Shown piece after piece: positions 1 to 5,792 of a stretch of 14,503 bases of DNA (position 1 is its first letter; the number at the start of each line of letters is the position of its first letter). The DNA is from a virus (Duplodnaviria; Heunggongvirae; Uroviricota; Caudoviricetes; Crassvirales). The stretch covers positions 1-14,503 of the IMG/VR virus record IMGVR_UViG_3300031952_000007, one strand, 5' to 3'. Both the position numbers and the translations under genes were made by a program. The notes below the pieces were generated by a model. It made no database searches. It was not told the origin of the DNA and saw only the letters and a program-made list of their open reading frames with translations.

Positions 1-24
1 CTGCAAAGCACAAAACAAAATAAT

Positions 25-789
25 ATGGCAACAATAAAAAAACCTGCTTCTAAAATGAAGAAATGTGGAACAGTAAAAAAAGCTCAAACTGGATGTTGGA
101 AAGGTGATGGTCCATCTTTTATGGATAATATCAGAAATTCAATTAGAGAAGGATCTCAAAGAAGACAAGATAGAAGAAGCGATAGAAAAGAAAATAGGCA
201 ACAGGAGCAAGATGAAAGAAATGAAACTGATAATAGAACAAAACTTTTGTCACAACTTGGTAAAAAGGATAATCCATTAGCTATTAGATCAACTCCTACA
301 ATGTCTCAAGATGAAGAAGGAAATGTATCAAAGAAATCTATGTTAGGTGTTCCAGATGATCAAGCCAAATATGGTAAGAAAGTTAAAAAAACAATGATGA
401 AAAAGAAAGTAGCACCTAAAAAAATAGCTACTAAAAAAGCTCCTCCAATGATGCAAGCTCCTCCAACAGCAAGTGCTCCTATGGGTGGTGGTCCAATGAT
501 GAAAAAAAGTGGAATGGTAAAGAAGGCACAGACTGGTGTTACTAAATCAAAATCAGATTCATCATCTTATGTAAAGTCTACTTACACCACTAAAAAATCA
601 CCACTTAAGACCACTAAAAACAAAGATGGTTCAACTACTACAACCCAATCTCAATCAACAATAGGTAAGTATTATAAAGATGGTGGAATGATGAAAAAAG
701 GTGGAATGAAAAAAGCTAATTGTGGAATGATGTCATCTTCTAAAACATCTATGAAAAAAGGTGGTAAAATGTCTAAACGTGGCTGCTAA
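25..789 (+). CDS. Highly basic, K/M/G-rich low-complexity protein with repeated MKKxG(xVKKAQTG) motifs; possible virion/DNA-binding protein
   Basis: 254-aa ORF after an A-rich leader (CACAAAACAAAATAAT-ATG); recurring MKKCGTVKKAQTG, MMKKSGMVKKAQTG, MMKKGGMKKANCG, MKKGGKM; function is inference only. Confidence 0.75.
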   Translation: MATIKKPASKMKKCGTVKKAQTGCWKGDGPSFMDNIRNSIREGSQRRQDRRSDRKENRQQEQDERNETDNRTKLLSQLGKKDNPLAIRSTPTMSQDEEGNVSKKSMLGVPDDQAKYGKKVKKTMMKKKVAPKKIATKKAPPMMQAPPTASAPMGGGPMMKKSGMVKKAQTGVTKSKSDSSSYVKSTYTTKKSPLKTTKNKDGSTTTTQSQSTIGKYYKDGGMMKKGGMKKANCGMMSSSKTSMKKGGKMSKRGC

Positions 790-937
790 AATAACATACG
801 GAAAAACGAAGAAAAAGAATTTAGCTCCTAAGGTGAATAATCCTTCTCCTAAAAATAATTTTATGAGAGAAGCAGATACACCAAAGAGACTTAAATCTCC
901 TATGCTTCCAATGAAACAGAAGCGTTTGTCAAAATAA
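779..937 (+). CDS. Small basic protein (52 aa, MAAKITYGKTKKKNLAPKVNNPSPKNNFMREADTPKRLKSPMLPMKQKRLSK), absent from the ORF track
   Basis: Open frame from GTG 779 (overlapping the upstream gene's 3' end) to TAA 935-937; fills the gap up to the terminator; K/P-rich like its neighbour; alternative ATG at 863. Confidence 0.55.
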   Translation: MAAKITYGKTKKKNLAPKVNNPSPKNNFMREADTPKRLKSPMLPMKQKRLSK

Positions 938-939
938 TA

Positions 940-967
940 AAAGCCCCTCGTATTAATGAGGGGCTTT
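940..967. terminator. Bidirectional intrinsic terminator between convergent transcription units
   Basis: Perfect 10-bp inverted repeat AAAGCCCCTC-GTATTAAT-GAGGGGCTTT, with T-tract (ATTTTT) on the right and A-tract on the left; lies between the + strand stop at 937 and the - strand stop at 972. Confidence 0.9.
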
Positions 968-971
968 ATTT

Positions 972-1271
972 TTAAATAGACGTTACTTCGTAAAATCTTG
1001 TACCATCTGCTGGATCTAAATAGATCTCACTCTGGTAGGTGTTACGTTCTCTTCTAACACCTTTAATCTTATTAGTTTTAAGATCTACTTCAGGTACTTC
1101 TTGTACTCTCTCGTGGATATCATTCAATAAGATTAATGTCCTACCATCTTCCATTGAAATACTTCTAATCACCTTGTCCAGGTTAAAACTATCTGTATAA
1201 GTTTTAAACTCTGGTGCTTCAGGAGTGCCTCCTGTGATTTCTTTTCTTGTGTAAAAGAATTGATTGTTCAT
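972..1271 (-). CDS. Hypothetical phage protein (99 aa)
   Basis: ORF with A-rich leader, last gene of the - strand operon; no recognisable motif. Confidence 0.75.
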   Translation of the reverse strand: MNNQFFYTRKEITGGTPEAPEFKTYTDSFNLDKVIRSISMEDGRTLILLNDIHERVQEVPEVDLKTNKIKGVRRERNTYQSEIYLDPADGTRFYEVTSI

Positions 1272-1297
1272 TTTTGGTTTGTTTTATTGTTTATTAA

Positions 1298-1948
1298 TTA
1301 TTTGCCATACTCGAAGTCCAAAATTTTCCCAACGAGATCAGATCTATGATTGTGCTTAAGTTTTATGTATTCAATACCATCTATTTTTTTAGATAGTTCA
1401 ATTACATAACTTAGTCCATTCATACCATCTTTAATATCTTTTTGTTCATTATCTCCATTGATTATAATCTTACCGTTTTTCCCAAGCCTAGTAAGGATAG
1501 CCAACATCTCAGCTTTTGTAAGATTCTGTGCTTCCTCCACAATAAGGACATCATCAACAGTCTTGCCCCTAATGAACTGAACAGGGAGAGCATTAACTCT
1601 ACCACTCGTAATGAGCTCATCCACTTTAACTTTATCATAACACTTAATTAAGTTTTCTTGAAATGCTTCTAAATATGGATCAAACTTTTCATTAAGAGAT
1701 CCTGGTAAGAAACCAAGACTATGTCCCACTTCTACAGCAGCTCTAGTAACTAAGATTTGATCACATTGTTTCTTAAAGAGAAAATCTAATGCACATTGTG
1801 CACTAACAAGCGATTTACCACAACCAGCCCTACCTGTAATAACAACTATCTGGTTTTCAATAATTAGTCTCTTAACCTCCTTTTGTTCCTCATTAAGAGT
1901 GATCTTGTATTTGATATCTTGTTTGCGTTCTCTGTTAGGTTCTTTCAT
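1298..1948 (-). CDS. phoH: PhoH-family ATPase
   Basis: Walker A GRAGCGKS, plus RAAVEVGHSLGFLPG, RGKT, LIVEEAQN, LTRLG, GDNEQKD and HRS motifs typical of PhoH. Confidence 0.93.
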   Translation of the reverse strand: MKEPNRERKQDIKYKITLNEEQKEVKRLIIENQIVVITGRAGCGKSLVSAQCALDFLFKKQCDQILVTRAAVEVGHSLGFLPGSLNEKFDPYLEAFQENLIKCYDKVKVDELITSGRVNALPVQFIRGKTVDDVLIVEEAQNLTKAEMLAILTRLGKNGKIIINGDNEQKDIKDGMNGLSYVIELSKKIDGIEYIKLKHNHRSDLVGKILDFEYGK

Positions 1949-1961
1949 TTGTAAATTTTTA

Positions 1962-1969
1962 CAAATATA
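1962..1969 (-). promoter_or_regulatory. Bacteroidota-type -7 element (TATATTTG) upstream of phoH
   Basis: Exact TAnnTTTG 13 nt upstream of the phoH ATG; -33 element at N20 is poor. Confidence 0.5.
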
Positions 1970-1971
1970 CG

Positions 1972-2364
1972 TTATTTATCAAACCTCTTCCTAACTTCTT
2001 CTATTTTATGTCTAACAAAATCAGTTAGATTTCCTCTGGTTTTATTATCATGACATTCCAAACACACCATCATGATGTTTTCCTCTTCAAATTTTAAATC
2101 TGGATGTTTATTCTTTTCAAGGAGATGATCAAAATGGTAAGAGAGTGGCTCATTACCAAGCCACTCTCCACAATTTTCACAATAATGTTTCTTCTTTGCC
2201 CACAAATTCCTGAAAAATTCATGCAATTGTTGGGTAGTTCCACCATTAACCTTCTTTTTGAACGATAGTGATGGTTTTATCCTACTTTGAGCTAGTGGTT
2301 TTCGTGGCTTACATCTAAAACAATATTCTGATTCTGACCCCTTACCACATGTTTTACACTTCAC
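1972..2364 (-). CDS. Zn-binding HNH-type nuclease (NinG/Rap-like)
   Basis: CxxC pairs (CKTC, CFRC, CENC), YHFDHLLEK..HPDLKFEEENIMMVCLECHDNK HNH-like core; GTG at 2364 overlapping the upstream stop is preferred over TTG at 2382. Confidence 0.7.
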   Translation of the reverse strand: MKCKTCGKGSESEYCFRCKPRKPLAQSRIKPSLSFKKKVNGGTTQQLHEFFRNLWAKKKHYCENCGEWLGNEPLSYHFDHLLEKNKHPDLKFEEENIMMVCLECHDNKTRGNLTDFVRHKIEEVRKRFDK

Positions 2365-2764
2365 GTATTTTGGTTTTTGCAAAATGATATAACATTGTTC
2401 TGTCTCTATTAATTACAGCAGCAGCTTTGCTTACATTAAACCTTTGTTCAAACACTCCCTTGCTGTAGTCTATTAGGGCTCTTTTTTCTCTCCTATAACT
2501 AAGATGATCGCATCTGATATGTTTACTCTTAACTTTTTGCATATCTGCTCCATGTAACATTACACATTGCTGTAAGAATTTCTCCATCAAATCAGTTTCA
2601 TCTCTCATTATCTTTTGATACTTATAGATTATTTTTTCAACAACTGGCTTTAGTTTTATATCAGAACCATTCATCAGAGCAATATCAATTTCCAATCGTT
2701 TACCAAATAATTCTTTAAACTCACGTTGATAAGACTTTATCTTTCCTAATTCTGCTGCTGTCAT
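2354..2764 (-). CDS. Hypothetical protein with C-terminal DnaA domain IV-like helix-turn-helix
   Basis: C-terminus FNVSKAAAVINRDRTMLYHF resembles the DnaA domain IV signature (IG..FG.RDHTTV.HA); recognised by eye. Confidence 0.5.
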   Translation of the reverse strand: MTAAELGKIKSYQREFKELFGKRLEIDIALMNGSDIKLKPVVEKIIYKYQKIMRDETDLMEKFLQQCVMLHGADMQKVKSKHIRCDHLSYRREKRALIDYSKGVFEQRFNVSKAAAVINRDRTMLYHFAKTKIREV

Positions 2765-2976
2765 ATTTTCTTTTTGTAATTAGTACCTGTCTTTAGATTG
2801 TAAAGATCAATATAGAAGTTTATAGAATCTCTCCAATCAATATACTCTTGCTTCTTGCTTTTTCTAACTTTATTAGCTTCGAGCTTTTCTATTTCTTTTT
2901 TGAGATCTGTAGCATTTAAATATTGCTTCTTAAACAAAGCTAGTTCGTCATTACTAATTGATGTGATTATACTCAT
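2761..2976 (-). CDS. Hypothetical protein (71 aa)
   Basis: ORF with ATGA stop/start overlap with the downstream gene. Confidence 0.7.
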   Translation of the reverse strand: MSIITSISNDELALFKKQYLNATDLKKEIEKLEANKVRKSKKQEYIDWRDSINFYIDLYNLKTGTNYKKKI

Positions 2977-3066
2977 TGATTTAGTTATTTAAGTCCTGTA
3001 GATCCAAAATATTTTCTTTTTCCAGAAAATTGTATATCATCAAAATAAATGGAAAATAATATAAAA

Positions 3067-3507
3067 TTAGGACATCCCACTACTGCCAAATCCTCCAGTT
3101 CCTCTATCAGAATCAGAAAGTTCTTCAACCTCTATAAATTCTACAGGAAGTATTTGTTCAAAATAAATTTGCCCAACTCTATCTCCTACACCATAAGGAA
3201 GAGCATTCAATAGAAGATCTCCATTCAATGGTGTTAAGATCATCTTCCATTCACCACGATAGTCAGCATCTATAATACCCATAGAGTTATTCATCATCCA
3301 TTGGAACTTGGTTAGATTACTTCTAGGTATCAAAACACCTTTATATCCTCTAGGGATTTCTGTTTTGAATCCTAAGCCTATAACCATCTTTTGGTTCTCA
3401 AAGGTGATTGAATGTGCGTACACATCGTGACAAGCAGCATCTAAGCTCCCTTTAAAAGGAAGCTTAGTGTTACTTGACATTTTCTTAAATTTAACTTGTA
3501 ATGTCAT
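3067..3507 (-). CDS. dut: Trimeric dUTPase
   Basis: All five dUTPase motifs: AACHDV, PRSNL, GIIDADYRGEW, GDRVGQ, RGTGGFGSSG. Confidence 0.96.
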   Translation of the reverse strand: MTLQVKFKKMSSNTKLPFKGSLDAACHDVYAHSITFENQKMVIGLGFKTEIPRGYKGVLIPRSNLTKFQWMMNNSMGIIDADYRGEWKMILTPLNGDLLLNALPYGVGDRVGQIYFEQILPVEFIEVEELSDSDRGTGGFGSSGMS

Positions 3508-4570
3508 CAGTTGTTTCGTTTATTTCGTTTAGTAAAGTTGTTTCTTCTTCTATAACCTCTGTAACCTCTTCTGCTACAGCGTTTATCTTACTAATAATCT
3601 TAGACTTAATCTCATTGTAGAAATCTTCATTGTCTGTTAACAATGCACTAAAATCTTCTACACTGTATTTAGTTTCTCCCATTGTAATAGTTTTACCCCA
3701 CTTCTTAATGATTTCAAAATCACTAGCAATTTCCATAATCTCTTTAAGTTTATCAATACCCACACCATAAACAATTTCAAATTGAGAAAGCTTGTATGGA
3801 GGAGACATTTTATTCTTAATAGCCTTCACCTTAGTTACATTACCATAAGCTTGATCACCTTCTTTTGCAAGACTCTTACTAACCTCGATTCTACAATCAG
3901 AATAAAACTTAAGAGCATGTCCACCTTGTGTAGTGGTAGGATTACCAAACATAACACCAATCTTCTCACGATATTGAGAAATCACTATTACACATACATT
4001 ATGTTGTGATAGAGCACCTTTAAGCTTTGGATAGGCATTACTATTCAATAATGCTTTCTTACCAATAGAACTATCACCAACCTCACCATCTAACACTTTC
4101 TTAGGAATAAGACTAGAATCAGAATCAATAATCACAAGATCAATAGTTCCTGTTTCAATCATTTCCATAGCAATGTTAAATCCTTCCTCACCACATGATG
4201 GTTGAGCAATTAACATTTTATTTGTATCTACACCAAGAGCTTGGAAGTAATGCTTATCAACAGCATGCTCACCATCAATATACAAAACTACACCACCTTT
4301 CTTTTGACATTCTGCTACAGCATGCCCACAAATTGTAGATTTACCAGAGCCTTCCCAGCCCATCAATTCATACATCTTACCTTTTACAAATCCTCCTGTT
4401 CCTAATGTAACATTATCAAACCCAATAGAGCCTGTACTAATGACATCATAATCACCAGATCCTTTACTGTCTAATGTAATAATTGTGCCTACACCATAGG
4501 TCTTATTTAGTTTATCAAGGGCCTCTTGATACCTACTGTTTCCTTTTACTTCCTTTGTTGCTTTTGCCAT
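3491..4570 (-). CDS. recA: RecA/UvsX recombinase
   Basis: ISTGSIGFD, Walker A GWEGSGKST, YIDGEHA, LVIIDSDSSL, SQYREKIGVMFGNPTTTQGGHALKFYS, KNKMSPP; acidic C-terminal tail. Confidence 0.97.
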   Translation of the reverse strand: MAKATKEVKGNSRYQEALDKLNKTYGVGTIITLDSKGSGDYDVISTGSIGFDNVTLGTGGFVKGKMYELMGWEGSGKSTICGHAVAECQKKGGVVLYIDGEHAVDKHYFQALGVDTNKMLIAQPSCGEEGFNIAMEMIETGTIDLVIIDSDSSLIPKKVLDGEVGDSSIGKKALLNSNAYPKLKGALSQHNVCVIVISQYREKIGVMFGNPTTTQGGHALKFYSDCRIEVSKSLAKEGDQAYGNVTKVKAIKNKMSPPYKLSQFEIVYGVGIDKLKEIMEIASDFEIIKKWGKTITMGETKYSVEDFSALLTDNEDFYNEIKSKIISKINAVAEEVTEVIEEETTLLNEINETTDDITS

Positions 4571-4590
4571 GTTATTGATTTTTATTTATA

Positions 4591-4621
4591 CGAATTTACG
4601 AAATTTGTGGATAAGTACCAA
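4591..4621 (-). promoter_or_regulatory. Bacteroidota-type promoter of recA (TTG-N20-TAAATTCG) with a perfect DnaA box in the spacer
   Basis: -33 TTG at 4621-4619, 20-nt spacer, -7 TAAATTCG at 4598-4591; TTATCCACA at 4614-4606. Confidence 0.65.
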
Positions 4622-4644
4622 CGATTTTATGTTAAATCTTACAG

Positions 4645-4680
4645 AAAAAAATAAGCCCCAGTGTAGACACACCAGGGCTT
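4645..4680 (-). terminator. Intrinsic terminator ending the nrdJ transcription unit
   Basis: - strand RNA AAGCCCUGGUGU-GUCU-ACACUGGGGCUU (12 bp, two G-U) followed by AUUUUUUU. Confidence 0.85.
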
Positions 4681-4700
4681 CTCACTATTAAAACAAAATA

Positions 4701-4829
4701 TTATTTAAATGGACAATGTTTACATCTATTACCACAACAGGTTCCCCTGTCTAAATGATATTTCTCTGTGAACACCCATTTTCCATTTTCTATATAGTAG
4801 TCTATATTTTCTATTAATTCCTTTTTCAT
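4701..4829 (-). CDS. Small Cys-rich protein, DUF5522-like (42 aa), absent from the ORF track
   Basis: MKKELIENIDYYIENGKWVFTEKYHLDRGTCCGNRCKHCPFK; the YY.E.G..VFT..YHL.RG.CC...C.HCP pattern matches DUF5522 as recalled; TAATG coupling to the upstream ORF. Confidence 0.75.
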   Translation of the reverse strand: MKKELIENIDYYIENGKWVFTEKYHLDRGTCCGNRCKHCPFK

Positions 4830-4897
4830 TATCGATTGCCTTTTACAGAATAATAAATTCCATTTATTATGTTCTGAACGAGATTGTCATGTGCCAT
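4829..4897 (-). CDS. Putative 22-aa peptide (MAHDNLVQNIINGIYYSVKGNR)
   Basis: ATG 17 nt after the nrdJ stop with an A/T-rich leader; its TAA overlaps the next ATG (TAATG). Confidence 0.35.
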   Translation of the reverse strand: MAHDNLVQNIINGIYYSVKGNR

Positions 4898-4914
4898 TGT
4901 ATTATATTTTATGA

Positions 4915-5792
4915 TTAATCAATATTGCAAGCACCACCAGCACATGCAGCAACTTGACCAAAATCCACTGTATCATCAAGTTCTATCACTTTAGTAAGAT
5001 CAATAGATTTTAAAAGACTAATCTTATTATTATATTGTTCTTCTGTGATGTCCTCGAAAGGAGCTTGTAAATAACTGCCTCCAAAATGGGGGAGCACTGA
5101 CAAACCATTGTACACCTCCCTATTGCTCCACATCCAATCTCCCACTTCTTTCCAACCATCTTGTAGAATAGAAATTGTAGCAGATACATTATGTGTATTA
5201 TCACCTTTTACATGTCCTGCATTGATCCATTCTGTAGAAAATCTTTTAACACGCTCTAATGTATCAAGTGCTGATTCAGATCTAAGAATTGATCCTTCTG
5301 GAGCTTTAACAGGGATTCTAACACACACAGTATCTTTTGGACGCAAAACATCATCTTCACATAGTTCAGGATGATTTACCATTAGATAACTAGCAATGTC
5401 TTCATTCTTATTAAAACGCATAGTTCTAAGATAATAATCATTATGCCATGCATGAATACCACTAGCTGTACCTAATACAAGACTTGTAGTACCTGAAGGT
5501 TTAATACAAGTGATTCTAGCAGCTTCATTAGTTCCTATCTTTTCAGAAATCATACTATTAACAACCTTAGCTGTATTAGCAGCAATCTCAAGATTGTATT
5601 TCAAGATTTCTCCTGAACCAATACCTGTCATTCCTATTCCTAATAAAGCATCTTTTTGTGTTGTCTTAGCCCAGATTGGTCTTAAGTAATGAAAGTTTGT
5701 AAATCCTGACTGTAATGTTCCAAAGAATGAAGCAATTGCCACTCTATCATTAAGATCTTCCTGACATGTGACATCTGACACATTCACTTCAC
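4915..5792 (-). CDS. nrdJ: nrdJ exon 3 (C-terminal part)
   Basis: Begins GT GAA GTG AAT right after the intron omega-G (5793); TCIKPSGTTSLVLG, HNVSAT, C-terminal redox pair CAGGAC. Confidence 0.92.

Noticed and set aside
2985-3090. A third small intron in dut
   Set aside because: Only 82 nt, no group I core elements, and no U|G junction pair that restores the frame; better explained as a duplication/insertion scar
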